Positions 44,195 through 55,889 of a DNA stretch of 64,000 bases are shown one piece after another. The position numbers and the translations under genes were made by a program. The notes beneath the pieces were generated by a model, which worked only from the letters and a program-made list of their open reading frames with translations, did not search any database and was not told where the DNA came from. Numbering within the stretch: position 1 is the first letter of the stretch; every line of letters starts with the position of its first letter. This DNA is from Bacteroidaceae bacterium (lineage in GTDB: Bacteria; Bacteroidota; Bacteroidia; Bacteroidales; Bacteroidaceae), in the NCBI GenBank assembly GCA_017535725.1, contig JAFXTO010000002.1, positions 21,752-85,751 on the forward strand. The letters are read 5' to 3'.

Positions 44195-44929
44195 ATGGGA
44201 CAAAAAGTTAACCCGATAAGCAACCGTCTTGGTATTATCCGCGGTTGGGATTCCAATTGGTTTGGTGGCAAGAACTTCGGTGACTCCATTCTTGAGGACA
44301 GCAAAATCCGCAAGTACCTCATGGTTCGTCTGGGCGACGCAAGCATCGCTCGCATCGTCATCGAACGTACCCTCAAGCTTGTGACCATTACTGTATGCAC
44401 CTCTCGTCCGGGTTTGATCATCGGTAAGGGTGGTGAGAAAGTCGATGCCCTCAAGAAAGAACTCAAGAAGATCACTGACAAGGATATCCAGATTAATATC
44501 TATGAGATAAAGAAGCCGGATCTTGATGCAAACATCGTTGGCGCTAATATCGCCAAGCAGGTGGAGGGTAAGATTGCCTATCGTCGCGCTATTAAGATGG
44601 CTATCCAGAATGCCATGCGTGCTGGTGCCGAAGGCATCAAGGTGCTCATCTCTGGACGTCTGAATGGTGCAGAAATTGCCCGCTCCGAAATGTTCAAGGA
44701 AGGTCGTACTCCTCTGCACACTTTCCGCGCAGACATCGACTATTGTCAGACCGAGGCCCTCACGAAGGTTGGTTTACTTGGTATCAAGGTGTGGATTTGC
44801 CGTGGTGAGGTTTATGGTAAGAAGGATCTCGCTCCTAACTTCGCACAGCAGAAGGAAACAGGTCGCTTCAGCGGTAACGATCGTGGCGGTCGCCGTGGCC
44901 CCCGCCGTCCGCGCAACAACAATCGTTAA
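44195..44929 (+). CDS. rpsC: 30S ribosomal protein S3
   Basis: [14 protein letters not shown].. KH domain, basic tail. Confidence 0.97.
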   Translation: MGQKVNPISNRLGIIRGWDSNWFGGKNFGDSILEDSKIRKYLMVRLGDASIARIVIERTLKLVTITVCTSRPGLIIGKGGEKVDALKKELKKITDKDIQINIYEIKKPDLDANIVGANIAKQVEGKIAYRRAIKMAIQNAMRAGAEGIKVLISGRLNGAEIARSEMFKEGRTPLHTFRADIDYCQTEALTKVGLLGIKVWICRGEVYGKKDLAPNFAQQKETGRFSGNDRGGRRGPRRPRNNNR

Positions 44930-44954
44930 ACAATCAGAAAGAACGTAATAAGTT

Positions 44955-45380
44955 ATGTTACAGCCGAAAAGAACTAAATACAGAAGGCCGCAAAAAGGTC
45001 GTTGCAAAGGCAACGCTCAGCGCGGCAACCAGCTTGCTTTCGGGTCGTTCGGTATCAAGAGTCTCGACACACACTGGATTACTGGTCGCCAGATTGAGGC
45101 TGCTCGTGTTGCCGTGACTCGTTACATGCAGCGTGAAGGTCAGGTTTGGATTCGCATCTTCCCTGACAAACCCATCACCAAGAAGCCTGCCGACGTCCGT
45201 ATGGGTAAAGGTAAGGGTGACCCTGTGGGTTATGTATTCCCGATTACTCCCGGTCGTATTATCTTCGAGGTCGAGGGTGTACCCTATGAGACCGCTAAAG
45301 AAGCCCTGCGCCTTGCCGCTCAGAAGCTTCCTGTTACTACAAAGTTCATTGTTAGACGAGATTACGATAAAAACGCTTGA
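44955..45380 (+). CDS. rplP: 50S ribosomal protein L16
   Basis: [18 protein letters not shown] motif. Confidence 0.97.
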   Translation: MLQPKRTKYRRPQKGRCKGNAQRGNQLAFGSFGIKSLDTHWITGRQIEAARVAVTRYMQREGQVWIRIFPDKPITKKPADVRMGKGKGDPVGYVFPITPGRIIFEVEGVPYETAKEALRLAAQKLPVTTKFIVRRDYDKNA

Positions 45381-45382
45381 TT

Positions 45383-45577
45383 ATGAAGACTGCAGAAGTA
45401 AGAGCACTCACTGTAGAGGAGCTCGCTGAGAAAATCGAAACAGCCAAGGCACAGTACAACCAGATGTTGCTGAACCATGCTGTATCTCCGCTGGAGAACC
45501 CTTCTGAAATCAAGAAGGCTCGTCGCGACATCGCCCGAATGATGACCATCCTGGCGGAGAAGAAGAATGCTAATTAA
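45383..45577 (+). CDS. rpmC: 50S ribosomal protein L29
   Basis: Synteny. Start taken at ATG 45383 ([14 protein letters not shown]), just after the rplP stop. Confidence 0.9.
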   Translation: MKTAEVRALTVEELAEKIETAKAQYNQMLLNHAVSPLENPSEIKKARRDIARMMTILAEKKNAN

Positions 45578-45593
45578 TAATGGTCTTAAGACA

Positions 45594-45851
45594 ATGGAAG
45601 CTAGAAACTTAAGAAAGACAAGAACAGGTGTCGTCGTCAGTGACAAGATGGATAAGACCATTGTAGTGGCTGCCAAGTATAAGGAGAGACACCCAATCTA
45701 TGGTAAGTTCGTCCAGAAGACGAAGAAATATCACGCTCATGATGAGAAGAACGACTGCCACAAGGGTGACACCGTTCTGATTATGGAAACCCGCCCCTTG
45801 AGCAAGACCAAGAGGTGGAGAGTAGTAGAAATCGTTGAAAGAGCTAAGTAA
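45594..45851 (+). CDS. rpsQ: 30S ribosomal protein S17
   Basis: Start at ATG 45594 ([22 protein letters not shown]). Confidence 0.93.
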   Translation: MEARNLRKTRTGVVVSDKMDKTIVVAAKYKERHPIYGKFVQKTKKYHAHDEKNDCHKGDTVLIMETRPLSKTKRWRVVEIVERAK

Positions 45852-45853
45852 TT

Positions 45854-46219
45854 ATGATACAGGCAGAATCTAGATTAGTAGTTGCAGATAACAGTGGCGC
45901 CAAAGAGTGCCTCTGCATCCGCGTCCTTGGAGGAACCAAGCGTCGCTATGCAACGGTCGGGGACATCATCGTTGTCTCTGTGAAGAGCGTCATCCCCTCC
46001 AGTGAAATTAAAAAGGGTGCTGTGTCGAAGGCTTTGATCGTCCGCACAAACAAGGAAGTCCGTCGTGCCGATGGCTCCTATATCCGTTTCGACGACAACG
46101 CTTGCGTACTGTTGAACAATGCTGGTGAACTTCGTGGTAGCCGTATCTTTGGCCCTGTGGCCCGTGAGCTGCGTGCTGTCAATATGAAGGTCGTATCACT
46201 CGCACCCGAGGTACTTTAA
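45854..46219 (+). CDS. rplN: 50S ribosomal protein L14
   Basis: [18 protein letters not shown].. conserved L14. Confidence 0.97.
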   Translation: MIQAESRLVVADNSGAKECLCIRVLGGTKRRYATVGDIIVVSVKSVIPSSEIKKGAVSKALIVRTNKEVRRADGSYIRFDDNACVLLNNAGELRGSRIFGPVARELRAVNMKVVSLAPEVL

Positions 46220-46245
46220 TCATCTTAAAACAGATTCAATAAGTA

Positions 46246-46566
46246 ATGGCTAAGTTACATATTAAGAAAGGTGACACCGTGATGGTTCTTGCTGGCAACA
46301 GCAAGGGTCAGACCGGCACCGTACTTCGCGTGCTTGTCAAGGAGCAGAAGGCCATCGTTGAAGGCCTGAACATGGTCTCCAAGAGCCAGAAGCCAAGCGC
46401 CAAGAACCCTCAGGGTGGTATCGTGAAGCAAGAAGCCCCCATCCACATCTCCAATTTGAGTGTGGTGGACCCGAAGACGGGTAAGGCAACTCGCATAGGT
46501 CGTAAGTTGAACGCTGACGGCAAGCTTGTCCGTTATGCAAAAAAATCAGGAGAGGAGATTAAATAA
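46246..46566 (+). CDS. rplX: 50S ribosomal protein L24
   Basis: [22 protein letters not shown] motif; synteny. Confidence 0.95.
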   Translation: MAKLHIKKGDTVMVLAGNSKGQTGTVLRVLVKEQKAIVEGLNMVSKSQKPSAKNPQGGIVKQEAPIHISNLSVVDPKTGKATRIGRKLNADGKLVRYAKKSGEEIK

Positions 46567-47120
46567 TGGCAAATACCGCAAGACTCAAGCAGGAGTATAC
46601 CGAGCGTATTGCTCCCGCTCTCAAGGAAAAGTTCGGCTACACATCCGCTATGCAGATTCCGGTCCTGAAGAAGATTGTCATCAACCAGGGACTGGGTATC
46701 GCTACCGCCGACAAGAAGATAATCGAAGTTGCGATTAACGAGCTCACCGCAATCACGGGTCAGAAGGCTGTTGCCACCATCTCCAAGAAAGACGTGGCTA
46801 ACTTCAAGCTCCGTAAGAAGATGCCTATCGGTGTCATGGTGACTCTGCGTCGCGAGCGCATGTACGAGTTCCTTGAGAAACTCGTGAAGGTCGCTCTTCC
46901 CCGTATCCGTGACTTCAAGGGAATCGAGAGCAAGCTCGATGGCCGTGGCAACTATACCCTCGGTATCCAGGAGCAGATTATCTTCCCAGAGATTAACATT
47001 GATGCCATCGACCGTATTGTCGGTATGAACATCACTTTCGTGACCACAGCACAGACCGACGAGGAAGGCTTTGCTCTCCTTAAGGAGTTCGGTCTGCCCT
47101 TCAAGAACGCTAAAGACTAA
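46566..47120 (+). CDS. rplE: 50S ribosomal protein L5
   Basis: Synteny; [24 protein letters not shown] motif. Confidence 0.96.
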   Translation: MANTARLKQEYTERIAPALKEKFGYTSAMQIPVLKKIVINQGLGIATADKKIIEVAINELTAITGQKAVATISKKDVANFKLRKKMPIGVMVTLRRERMYEFLEKLVKVALPRIRDFKGIESKLDGRGNYTLGIQEQIIFPEINIDAIDRIVGMNITFVTTAQTDEEGFALLKEFGLPFKNAKD

Positions 47121-47126
47121 GAGAAT

Positions 47127-47441
47127 ATGGCAAAAGAATCAATGAAGGCCCGCGAGGTCAAGCGTGCCAAACTCGTTGCCAAGTATGCTGCTAAGCGTGC
47201 TGCCCTGAAGAAAATCGTCAATGCTGGCAACACCAGCGATGAGGCAGCCGTGGCTGCATTCGAGGCTGCCCAGAAGCTTCAGAGCATTCCCCGCAATGCT
47301 AACCCCATCCGTCTTCACAACCGCTGCAAGATCACGGGTCGTCCGAAGGGCTACATGCGCCAGTTCGGCCTCTCGCGTATTCAGTTCCGTGAGATGGCTA
47401 GTCAGGGTCTGATTCCGGGCGTGAAGAAGGCAAGCTGGTAA
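47127..47441 (+). CDS. rpsN: 30S ribosomal protein S14 (long, non-zinc form)
   Basis: [38 protein letters not shown] end. Confidence 0.94.
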   Translation: MAKESMKAREVKRAKLVAKYAAKRAALKKIVNAGNTSDEAAVAAFEAAQKLQSIPRNANPIRLHNRCKITGRPKGYMRQFGLSRIQFREMASQGLIPGVKKASW

Positions 47442-47522
47442 TCATCATTATCACAAGGCTATAAGTTACTTTATGTTTAATATTGTCGGCAGAGTGCCGA
47501 TTAATTAAATCAATTCAAACAA

Positions 47523-47918
47523 ATGACAGATCCTATTGCAGACTATCTGACACGGCTCCGCAACGCTATTATGGCTAAGCACCGCGTGGTGGAGATTCCC
47601 GCGTCGAATCTGAAGAAGGAGATCACCAAGATCCTCTTCGAGAAGGGGTACATCCTGAACTACAAGTTCATTGAAGATGGCCCTCAGGGTACAATCAAGA
47701 TTGCCCTGAAGTATGATGCTGTTAACAAGGTTAACGCCATCAAGAAACTCATCCGTGTGTCTCGTCCTGGTATGCGTAAGTATGCAGGCTACAAAGACAT
47801 GCCTCGTGTTATTAACGGACTGGGTGTTGCCATCCTTTCCACTTCTCAGGGAGTAATGACCAACAAGGAAGCTGCCGAAAAGAAAATTGGCGGCGAAGTA
47901 CTTTGCTACGTTTATTAA
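47523..47918 (+). CDS. rpsH: 30S ribosomal protein S8
   Basis: MTDPIADYLTRLRNA.. conserved. Confidence 0.97.
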   Translation: MTDPIADYLTRLRNAIMAKHRVVEIPASNLKKEITKILFEKGYILNYKFIEDGPQGTIKIALKYDAVNKVNAIKKLIRVSRPGMRKYAGYKDMPRVINGLGVAILSTSQGVMTNKEAAEKKIGGEVLCYVY

Positions 47919-47936
47919 TTAATAGGAGGACTTAAC

Positions 47937-48518
47937 ATGTCAAGAATCGGTAAATTGCCCATAAACATCCCCGCTGGTGTTGAGATTTCCGTTAACGGCA
48001 ACGTTGTTACCGTTAAGGGTAAGGAGGGTGTTTTAACCCAAGAGGTTAATCCTTCCATTGTAGTGAACTATGACAAAGAAAAGGCAGAGGTGACTTTCAC
48101 GATCGACGAAGCTTACGATCCTGAAAACATCACTCTCAAGCAGAAGCAAGCCTTCCATGGCCTGTACCGCTCACTCATCCACAACATGGTGGTTGGCGTC
48201 AGCGAGGGCTACACCCGTCAGCTGGAGCTCGTAGGTGTCGGTTACCGTGTGAGCAACAAGGGAAATCTCCTTGAGTTTGCTCTCGGTTACACCCATCCCA
48301 TCTATTTCATGCTTCCCAAGGAGGTCAAAGTCGAGACCAAGTCCGAGCGTAACCAGAATCCACAGATTATCCTGCAGTCCTGCGACAAGCAGCTCCTCGG
48401 CCAGGTCTGTGCCAAGATTCGTACCTTCCGTAAGCCCGAGCCTTACAAGGGCAAAGGTATCCTGTTCAAGGGTGAGGTTATCCGTCGTAAGTCTGGTAAG
48501 TCGGCTGGTGCCAAGTAA
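47937..48518 (+). CDS. rplF: 50S ribosomal protein L6
   Basis: MSRIGKLPINIPAGVE.. conserved. Confidence 0.96.
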   Translation: MSRIGKLPINIPAGVEISVNGNVVTVKGKEGVLTQEVNPSIVVNYDKEKAEVTFTIDEAYDPENITLKQKQAFHGLYRSLIHNMVVGVSEGYTRQLELVGVGYRVSNKGNLLEFALGYTHPIYFMLPKEVKVETKSERNQNPQIILQSCDKQLLGQVCAKIRTFRKPEPYKGKGILFKGEVIRRKSGKSAGAK

Positions 48519-48542
48519 GTGTAACTCTAAAATAGCGTAATC

Positions 48543-48884
48543 ATGACAACGAAAATAGAAAGACGAATCAAGATTAAGTATAGAGTTCGCAACAAGATCT
48601 CAGGAACTGCCGAACGTCCCCGCATGTCGGTGTTCCGCAGCAACAAGCAGATCTACGTTCAGGTCATCAACGACCTCACCGGCACCACTCTGTGTGCAGC
48701 CTCTTCCCTCGGTATGGAGGCTTGCCCGAAGAAGGAACAGGCAGCCAAGGTGGGTGAACTCATCGCAAAGAAAGCCCTGGAGGCAGGTATTACCACGGTG
48801 GTCTTCGACCGCAACGGATACCTCTACCATGGTCGTGTGAAAGAAGTTGCAGATGCAGCACGTAAAGGTGGACTTAAATTCTAA
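48543..48884 (+). CDS. rplR: 50S ribosomal protein L18
   Basis: Synteny; [18 protein letters not shown] motif. Confidence 0.95.
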   Translation: MTTKIERRIKIKYRVRNKISGTAERPRMSVFRSNKQIYVQVINDLTGTTLCAASSLGMEACPKKEQAAKVGELIAKKALEAGITTVVFDRNGYLYHGRVKEVADAARKGGLKF

Positions 48885-48889
48885 TCATT

Positions 48890-49402
48890 ATGGCAATCAA
48901 GAATGTAAAGATCAATAGCGATGTTGAATTGAAGGACCGCCTCGTAGCCATCAATCGTGTCACGAAAGTGACTAAGGGTGGTCGCACTTTCACATTCGCA
49001 GCAATCGTAGTAGTCGGCGACGGCAAGGGAATCATCGGTTACGGCCTCGGTAAGGCCGGCGAAGTTACTGCTGCCATCGCCAAGGGCGTGGAGTCAGCCA
49101 AGAAGAACTTGGTACAGGTTCCCGTCATTAATGGCACGGTGCCTCATGAGCAGGCTGCCAAGTTTGGAGGTGCCGAAGTGCTCATCATGCCCGCCAGCAC
49201 TGGTACGGGTGTTGTGGCCGGAGGTGCTATGCGTGCCGTTCTCGAGAGTGTAGGTATCACTGACTGTCTGGCCAAGTCTAAGGGCTCCTCTAACCCCCAC
49301 AACTTGGTCAAGGCCACCATCGCAGCCCTGGCTGAGATGCGCGATGCGCGTCAGGTGGCTCAGAACCGCGGCATCAGTGTAGAGAAAGTATTCAGAGGTT
49401 AA
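48890..49402 (+). CDS. rpsE: 30S ribosomal protein S5
   Basis: [27 protein letters not shown] motif. Confidence 0.96.
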   Translation: MAIKNVKINSDVELKDRLVAINRVTKVTKGGRTFTFAAIVVVGDGKGIIGYGLGKAGEVTAAIAKGVESAKKNLVQVPVINGTVPHEQAAKFGGAEVLIMPASTGTGVVAGGAMRAVLESVGITDCLAKSKGSSNPHNLVKATIAALAEMRDARQVAQNRGISVEKVFRG

Positions 49403-49420
49403 CGAAGGAGGTTCAAGACA

Positions 49421-49597
49421 ATGGCAACGATTAAAGTCAAGCAAATCAAGAGCCGCATCGGCGCCCCCAAGAATCAAAAGCGTACACTGGACGCTATGGG
49501 GCTGAGAAAGTTGAATCATGTTGTGGAACTGGAGGACACTCCTTCCGTCCGCGGACAGATTCAGACCGTCCACCATCTTGTCAAGGTTCTGGACTGA
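49421..49597 (+). CDS. rpmD: 50S ribosomal protein L30
   Basis: Not in the ORF track (58 aa). Hand translation gives MATIKVKQIKSRIGAPKNQKRTLDAMGLRKLNHVVELEDTPSVRGQIQTVHHLVKVLD*. It sits between rpsE and rplO as expected. Confidence 0.9.
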   Translation: MATIKVKQIKSRIGAPKNQKRTLDAMGLRKLNHVVELEDTPSVRGQIQTVHHLVKVLD

Positions 49598-49652
49598 TTC
49601 AGCTTTATCCCTAAACTGTAAACTCTAAACTTTTTTAAACCGACTCACGATT

Positions 49653-50096
49653 ATGAAATTAAATACATTGAAACCCGCAGCAGGCTCAACGAAGACTCGC
49701 AAGAGAATCGGTCGTGGTCCCGGTAGCGGCCTGGGTGGAACCTCCACTCGCGGTCACAAGGGTGCTAAGGCTCGTTCGGGTTATAAGAAGAAGATTGGTT
49801 TCGAAGGTGGCCAGATGCCTCTGCAGCGCCGTCTGCCGAAGTTCGGCTTCAAGAACATCAACCGCAAGGAGTACCAGCCCGTGAACCTGGCTCAGCTGCA
49901 GAAGCTGGCAGAGCAGGGTCTGGAGAAGATCGGCATTCAGGAAATCGTAGCTGCAGGTCTGGCCAAGGCCGGTCAGTTGGTGAAAATCCTGGGCAATGGT
50001 CAACTCACTGCCAAGATTGAGGTTGAGGCCAATAGCTTCTCTAAGACTGCTGAGGCTGCAATCACAGCTGCTGGCGGCACAGTTAAAACTGTTTGA
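49653..50096 (+). CDS. rplO: 50S ribosomal protein L15
   Basis: MKLNTLKPAAGS..RGHKG motif; synteny. Confidence 0.95.
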   Translation: MKLNTLKPAAGSTKTRKRIGRGPGSGLGGTSTRGHKGAKARSGYKKKIGFEGGQMPLQRRLPKFGFKNINRKEYQPVNLAQLQKLAEQGLEKIGIQEIVAAGLAKAGQLVKILGNGQLTAKIEVEANSFSKTAEAAITAAGGTVKTV

Positions 50097-50134
50097 GACA
50101 GAATCCTGCAAAGACACTCTAAGAAAATCGACTT

Positions 50135-51481
50135 ATGAAGAAGTTTTTTGCAACACTGAAGAACATCTGGATGATAGAGGACCTTCGTATGAAGATCCTC
50201 TTCACCCTTGCTTTCGCAGCCATCTACCGTTTTGGCTCTTTCGTGGTGCTTCCTGGCATCAATCCGAGTCAGTTGGTAGCATTGCGCGAACAGACCAGCG
50301 AGGGCTTGATGAGTCTTCTGAATATGTTCTCTGGAGGTGCGTTCTCCAACGCTTCCATCTTCGCGTTGGGAATCATGCCCTACATCACGGCGTCCATTGT
50401 CATTCAGCTGTTGGCTGTTGCTGTACCTTATTTCCAGAAGATACAGCGTGAGGGTGAGAGTGGCCGTCGCAAGATTAATCAGTACACGCGTTACCTGACC
50501 ATCTTCATCCTGCTCTTCCAGGGTCCTGGCTATCTGGTGAATCTTCGCCATATGTCCGGAGGCGCCCTGAGTCCTGCACTCGACTGGACATGGTTCATGG
50601 TTTCTTCCACCGTCATCCTCGCCGCCGGCAGTATGTTCATTCTGTGGCTTGGTGAGCGCATCACGGACAAGGGAATCGGTAATGGCGTGTCCATGATTAT
50701 TATGTTGGGTATCATCGCGCGTCTGCCTCAGGCTTTTGGTCAGGAAGCAGTAAGCCGCCTCAACAACCTCAATGGTGGTGGCCTGGTGATGTTCCTGGTT
50801 GAGCTGGTCATCCTTTTCTGTGCTATCCTTGCTGCTATCATGCTGACTCAGGCTACCCGCAAGGTGCCCGTCCAGTATGCCAAGCGTGTTCAGGGTAATG
50901 GTCAGCAGGTAGGTGGCGCTCGTCAGTACATCCCCTTGAAGCTGTTTGCAGCCAATGTGATGCCAATCATCTTTGCCCAGGCAATTATGTTCCTTCCCAT
51001 CACGCTCTATGGAGCTCTGAGCGACGGACAGAACCCCTCTGCCCTGATGATTGCATTGTCCGACCACACCAGTTGGGCTTACAACCTGGCTTTTGCAGCG
51101 CTCATCATTATCTTCACCTACCTCTACACCGCCATCACCATGAACCCTGTTCAGATGGCTGAGGATATGAAGCGCAACAATGGCTTCATCCCTGGTGTAC
51201 GTCCAGGTAAGGATACGGCAGACTATATTGATAATGTGATGTCCCACATCATGCTGCCTGGCTCCATCTTCTTGGCTTTCATTGCCTGCATGCCTGCTTT
51301 TGCAGGTTTGCTGAATGTCCAGCCGGAATTTGCCCAGTTCTTCGGTGGAACGTCGTTGCTCATCCTTGTGGGTGTTGTCCTCGATACTCTGCAGCAGATT
51401 GAGAGTCATCTTCTCATGCGTCACTACGACGGTCTGTTGGAGTCTGGTCGCATCCGCGGCCGTTCCATGTCTGCCTACTAA
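50135..51481 (+). CDS. secY: Preprotein translocase subunit SecY
   Basis: 448 aa, 10-TM pattern, LGIMPYITASI motif; synteny. Confidence 0.96.
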   Translation: MKKFFATLKNIWMIEDLRMKILFTLAFAAIYRFGSFVVLPGINPSQLVALREQTSEGLMSLLNMFSGGAFSNASIFALGIMPYITASIVIQLLAVAVPYFQKIQREGESGRRKINQYTRYLTIFILLFQGPGYLVNLRHMSGGALSPALDWTWFMVSSTVILAAGSMFILWLGERITDKGIGNGVSMIIMLGIIARLPQAFGQEAVSRLNNLNGGGLVMFLVELVILFCAILAAIMLTQATRKVPVQYAKRVQGNGQQVGGARQYIPLKLFAANVMPIIFAQAIMFLPITLYGALSDGQNPSALMIALSDHTSWAYNLAFAALIIIFTYLYTAITMNPVQMAEDMKRNNGFIPGVRPGKDTADYIDNVMSHIMLPGSIFLAFIACMPAFAGLLNVQPEFAQFFGGTSLLILVGVVLDTLQQIESHLLMRHYDGLLESGRIRGRSMSAY

Positions 51482-51499
51482 ACAAGCGATCTATCCATA

Positions 51500-52306
51500 A
51501 TGATATTCCTAAAGACAGAGGACGAGATTGAACGGATGCGTGCCGCCAATCAGTTGGTGGCAGCAACGTTGGCCGAAGTTGGCCGTGCCGTTGCACCTGG
51601 CATCTCTACAGCTCAGCTCAACCGTTTGGCCGACGAGTTCATTCGTGACCACGGTGCCATCCCAACGTTCCTGGGATTTCCCAATCCCTATGGCAGTCCC
51701 TTCCCCGGCAGCATCTGTACTTCCGTCAATGAGGTTGTCGTGCATGGTGTCCCCTCTGAGGATGTGGTACTAAAGGATGGCGACATCATCTCCGTCGACT
51801 GTGGCACGCTTCTGGATGGCTACAATGGTGATTCCTGCTACACCTTTCAGGTGGGCGAGGTCGCTGAGGATGTCCGCCAGTTGCTGCGCACGACTAAGGA
51901 AGCTCTGTACCTCGGCATTGGTCAGGCTGTTGCCGGCCATCGTATTGGCGACATCAGCTATGCCGTGCAGACACATTGCGAAGCTCAGGGCTACGGCGTG
52001 GTCCGTGAGTTCGTGGGGCATGGCATTGGCCGCGACATGCACGAGGATCCACAGGTGCCCAATTATGGGCGCCGTGGTCAGGGCAAGCAGATTAAAAATG
52101 GTCTGTGCATTGCCATCGAACCGATGATTACCATGGGCACCTATGAGGTGTATATGTCCGAGGACAAGTGGTCTATCTATACCCGCGACAGCCGTCCGGC
52201 AGCCCACTTCGAGCATACCATCGCCATCCATCATGGCAAGGTCGACATCCTCTCCTCCTTTGAGGAAATAGAAGTATTGGAAGCACAACGTAACCAAACA
52301 TTATAA
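51500..52306 (+). CDS. map: Type I methionine aminopeptidase
   Basis: [22 protein letters not shown] metal-ligand motifs. Confidence 0.95.
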   Translation: MIFLKTEDEIERMRAANQLVAATLAEVGRAVAPGISTAQLNRLADEFIRDHGAIPTFLGFPNPYGSPFPGSICTSVNEVVVHGVPSEDVVLKDGDIISVDCGTLLDGYNGDSCYTFQVGEVAEDVRQLLRTTKEALYLGIGQAVAGHRIGDISYAVQTHCEAQGYGVVREFVGHGIGRDMHEDPQVPNYGRRGQGKQIKNGLCIAIEPMITMGTYEVYMSEDKWSIYTRDSRPAAHFEHTIAIHHGKVDILSSFEEIEVLEAQRNQTL

Positions 52307-52328
52307 ACAGATCCAACTGATACGAAGT

Positions 52329-52547
52329 ATGGCAAAGCAATCCGCTATCGAGCAAGATGGGCAGATCATGGAGTCCCTCTCCAACGCGATGTTTCGCGTG
52401 GAGCTGGAGAATGGCCATCAGATTACGGCCCACATCTCCGGCAAGATGAGAATGCATTACATTAAGATTCTTCCCGGTGACAAGGTCAAGGTCGAGATGA
52501 GTCCTTACGACCTGTCCAAGGGACGCATCGTATTCAGATATAAATAA
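52329..52547 (+). CDS. infA: Translation initiation factor IF-1
   Basis: 72 aa, [25 protein letters not shown]. Confidence 0.96.
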   Translation: MAKQSAIEQDGQIMESLSNAMFRVELENGHQITAHISGKMRMHYIKILPGDKVKVEMSPYDLSKGRIVFRYK

Positions 52548-52560
52548 ATGAACAAAGAAT

Positions 52561-52677
52561 ATGAAAACAAGAGCCTCTTTAAAGAAGCGTACCCCTGACT
52601 GCAAGATCGTCCGCCGCAAGGGTCGCTTGTATGTAATCAACAAGAAAAACCCTAAGTTCAAAATGCGTCAGGGTTAA
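52561..52677 (+). CDS. rpmJ: 50S ribosomal protein L36
   Basis: Not in the ORF track (38 aa). Hand translation gives [38 protein letters not shown]. Confidence 0.9.
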   Translation: MKTRASLKKRTPDCKIVRRKGRLYVINKKNPKFKMRQG

Positions 52678-52702
52678 TCGAACAAGAAACAAAGTATAAG
52701 AT

Positions 52703-53083
52703 ATGGCAATAAGAATTGTTGGTGTCGATTTGCCTCAGAACAAGCGAGGTGAAATCGCGTTGACCTATGTTTTTGGCATCGGTCGCAGTAGTGCAGCAAA
52801 GATTCTCGAGAAGGCCGGTGTTGACAAGGACATCAAGGTCAAGGATTGGACCGACGAACAAGCAGGTCGTATCCGTGAGGTCATCGCTGCAGATTATAAG
52901 GTCGAAGGTGACCTGCGCACGGAAATCACGATGAACATCAAGCGCCTGATGGATATCGGTTGCTATCGTGGTGTGCGTCACCGTCACGGACTTCCCGTTC
53001 GTGGTCAGAGCACGAAGAACAATGCCCGTACTCGTAAGGGCAAGAAGAAGACTGTCGCAAACAAGAAAAAGGCTACCAAATAA
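52703..53083 (+). CDS. rpsM: 30S ribosomal protein S13
   Basis: [15 protein letters not shown].. conserved. Confidence 0.97.
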   Translation: MAIRIVGVDLPQNKRGEIALTYVFGIGRSSAAKILEKAGVDKDIKVKDWTDEQAGRIREVIAADYKVEGDLRTEITMNIKRLMDIGCYRGVRHRHGLPVRGQSTKNNARTRKGKKKTVANKKKATK

Positions 53084-53093
53084 TAAGTAAGAT

Positions 53094-53483
53094 ATGGCAA
53101 AGAAAACAGTCGCTGCTAAGAAAAGAAATGTGAAGGTTGATGCTCTGGGCCAGCTTCATGTGCACAGCTCCTTCAACAATGTCATCGTTTCGCTTGCCAA
53201 TAGCGAGGGTCAGGTCATTTCCTGGTCCAGCGCCGGCAAGATGGGATTTCGCGGTTCCAAGAAGAACACGCCTTATGCCGCCCAGATGGCCGCCCAGGAT
53301 TGCGCCAAGATTGCTTACGACCTTGGCCTGCGCAAGGTGAAGGCCTACGTGAAGGGTCCTGGTAATGGTCGTGAGAGCGCCATCCGCACTATTCACGGTG
53401 CAGGCATCGAGGTTGTGGAAATCATCGACGTTACTCCGCTTCCTTTCAACGGATGTCGTCCTCCGAAGCGTCGCAGAGTCTAA
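53094..53483 (+). CDS. rpsK: 30S ribosomal protein S11
   Basis: [29 protein letters not shown]. Confidence 0.97.
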   Translation: MAKKTVAAKKRNVKVDALGQLHVHSSFNNVIVSLANSEGQVISWSSAGKMGFRGSKKNTPYAAQMAAQDCAKIAYDLGLRKVKAYVKGPGNGRESAIRTIHGAGIEVVEIIDVTPLPFNGCRPPKRRRV

Positions 53484-53647
53484 GTCACAGAGAGTACCCA
53501 ACATCAACAAAGAGCTCACAAAAGGGTAGGAGTGAGGACCCTAATTACATAGGGCACATACATCCTCATCTGTAAGTTAGCGCGGCTGCTAAGGTCTGAC
53601 TCCTAATCCCTCGAAGCTCACAATCATTAAAACCCAAATAAGAAACT

Positions 53648-54253
53648 ATGGCTCGTTATACTGGTCCAAAGTCAAAGATTGCCCGCCGTTTCGGCGAGGC
53701 CATTTATGGTCCCGACAAGGTGCTGTCCAAGCGTAACTTTCCTCCTGGACAGCATGGCAACAACCGCCGTCGCAAGACCTCTGAGTATGGCATCATGCTT
53801 GCCGAGAAGCAGAAGGCAAAGTACACCTATGGTGTTCTGGAGAAGCAGTTCCGCAACATGTTCGAGAGGGCAGCCCGCACCAATGGCATCACTGGTGAAA
53901 TCCTGCTCCAGAATCTGGAGTGCCGTCTGGACAACATCGTCTTCCGTCTCGGTATTGCTCCCACCCGTGCCGCTGCTCGTCAGCTCGTCAGCCACCGCCA
54001 CATCGTCGTCGATGGTGCTGTGGTGAATATTTCCTCTTTCAGCGTCAAGCCCGGCCAGATTGTCGGCGTTCGCGAAAAGAGTAAGTCTCTGGAGGTTATC
54101 GCCGCTGCCTTGGCTGGCTTCAACCACAGTAAGTACCCCTGGCTGGAATGGGACGAAGCCCAGAAAGCCGGCAAGCTGCTCCATAAGCCCGAGCGTGCAG
54201 ACATCCCTGAGAACATCAAGGAGCAACTGATTGTAGAATTGTACTCTAAATAA
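53648..54253 (+). CDS. rpsD: 30S ribosomal protein S4
   Basis: [17 protein letters not shown].. conserved. Confidence 0.97.
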   Translation: MARYTGPKSKIARRFGEAIYGPDKVLSKRNFPPGQHGNNRRRKTSEYGIMLAEKQKAKYTYGVLEKQFRNMFERAARTNGITGEILLQNLECRLDNIVFRLGIAPTRAAARQLVSHRHIVVDGAVVNISSFSVKPGQIVGVREKSKSLEVIAAALAGFNHSKYPWLEWDEAQKAGKLLHKPERADIPENIKEQLIVELYSK

Positions 54254-54262
54254 AAATTGATT

Positions 54263-55255
54263 ATGGCGATATTAGCATTTCAAAGACCTGACAAGGTGTT
54301 AATGGTGGAGGCCGATGACAAATACGGCAAGTTCGAATTTCGTCCGTTGGAGCCCGGCTTCGGTATTACCGTAGGTAATGCTCTTCGCCGTATTCTGCTT
54401 TCTTCCCTGGAAGGCTATGCAATCAATACAGTCCGTATTGGAGGCGTAGAGCACGAATTCGCATCAGTACCTGGTGTGAAGGAAGATGTCACAAACATTA
54501 TCCTCAACCTGAAGCAAGTGCGCTTCCGCCAGGTGGTCGAGGAATTTGAGAACGAGAAGGTCAGTGTGACCATTGAGAACACTACGGAGTTCAAGGCCGG
54601 TGACTTTAACAAGTACCTCACAGGTTTCGAAGTCCTTAATCCGGAACTCATCATCTGCCACATGGATGCCAAGGCTTCCTTGCAGATGGAAATCTCCATC
54701 AACAAAGGTCGTGGCTACGTCCCCTCCGAGGAGAACCGCGAGTTCTGCACCGATGTGAACGTTCTGCCTATTGACTCCATCTACACTCCTATCCGCAATG
54801 TGAAATATGTTGTGGAGAACTTCCGTGTGGAGCAAAAGACCGACTACGAAAAACTCGTCCTCGAAATCACCACCGATGGTTCCATTCACCCGAAGGATGC
54901 CCTCAAGGAGGCCGCCAAAATCCTCATTTACCACTTTATGCTCTTCTCCGATGAGAAGATCACCCTGGAGAACTCCGATGCCGAAGGCAACGAAGAGTTT
55001 GATGAGGAAATTCTCCACATGCGTCAGCTGCTCAAGACCAAGCTTGTGGACATGGATCTCAGCGTCCGTGCCCTCAACTGCCTCAAGGCTGCCGACGTCG
55101 AGACACTTGGCGACTTGGTACAGTTCAACAAGACTGACCTCCTCAAGTTCCGCAACTTCGGCAAGAAATCGCTCACCGAGCTTGATGATTTGCTCGAGAG
55201 TCTGAATCTGTCGTTTGGAACCGACATTTCAAAGTATAAATTAGACAAAGATTAA
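54263..55255 (+). CDS. rpoA: DNA-directed RNA polymerase alpha subunit
   Basis: Start at ATG 54263 ([11 protein letters not shown]). [11 protein letters not shown] motif; C-terminal domain [10 protein letters not shown]. Confidence 0.96.
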   Translation: MAILAFQRPDKVLMVEADDKYGKFEFRPLEPGFGITVGNALRRILLSSLEGYAINTVRIGGVEHEFASVPGVKEDVTNIILNLKQVRFRQVVEEFENEKVSVTIENTTEFKAGDFNKYLTGFEVLNPELIICHMDAKASLQMEISINKGRGYVPSEENREFCTDVNVLPIDSIYTPIRNVKYVVENFRVEQKTDYEKLVLEITTDGSIHPKDALKEAAKILIYHFMLFSDEKITLENSDAEGNEEFDEEILHMRQLLKTKLVDMDLSVRALNCLKAADVETLGDLVQFNKTDLLKFRNFGKKSLTELDDLLESLNLSFGTDISKYKLDKD

Positions 55256-55261
55256 TTCCCA

Positions 55262-55750
55262 ATGAGACACGGAAAGAAATTCAATCACCTGAGCCGTACT
55301 GCATCTCATCGCGATGCCATGCTTTCCAATATGGCAATCTCCTTGATTATGCACAAAAGAATCACTACGACTCTCGCCAAGGCCAAGGCCCTCAAGAAGT
55401 TTGTGGAGCCTCTGATGACCAAGGCAAAACAAGATACCACCAACGCTCGTCGCGTTGTCTTCAGCCACCTGCAGAACAAGTATGCCATCACGGAGCTCTT
55501 CCAGATTATTGCTCCTAAGATTGCAGACCGTCCCGGCGGTTACACCCGCATCATCAAGACAGGTTTCCGCAAAGGTGACATGGCCCCCATCTGCTTTATC
55601 GAACTCGTTGACTTCGATGAGAACATGGCCAAGGCACAGAAGAAGGCAACCCGTACCCGTCGCAGCCGCAAGTCCAATGCTGCTGCACCCGCAGCCGAAG
55701 CTCCGGCAGCTACAGAAGCTCCCGCAGCAGAGGAAGCAAACGCCGAATAA
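55262..55750 (+). CDS. rplQ: 50S ribosomal protein L17
   Basis: [21 protein letters not shown].. conserved; Ala/Pro-rich tail. Confidence 0.96.
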   Translation: MRHGKKFNHLSRTASHRDAMLSNMAISLIMHKRITTTLAKAKALKKFVEPLMTKAKQDTTNARRVVFSHLQNKYAITELFQIIAPKIADRPGGYTRIIKTGFRKGDMAPICFIELVDFDENMAKAQKKATRTRRSRKSNAAAPAAEAPAATEAPAAEEANAE

Positions 55751-55776
55751 TTCTTTATTGCAATACCAAGTGAGAA

Positions 55777-55803
55777 GGGCAACCCGAGAGGGCTGCCCTT
55801 TTT
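55777..55803 (+). terminator. Rho-independent terminator of the alpha operon
   Basis: gggcaaccc (55777-55785) pairs with gggctgccc (55790-55798) with one mismatch, followed by ttttt. Confidence 0.7.
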
Positions 55804-55889
55804 GAGCTCTAACTTTTTGACTTCCGATTTCTTGAGCTCAGGCATTTTATCAATACCTTTTCTGGTGGTTGCTACTTCAAAGTCCTCTT

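Noticed and set aside
47127-47441. S14 being 104 aa with an extra segment (..[22 protein letters not shown]..) as a notable insertion
   Set aside because: I cannot verify typical S14 lengths for this family without a database. It is probably ordinary lineage variation of the long non-zinc form.
50000-51424. 474-aa ORF on the minus strand
   Set aside because: It is antisense to secY. The same reasoning applies to 43772-44719, 42634-43347, 39521-40231 and the other minus-strand ORFs inside the ribosomal operon.
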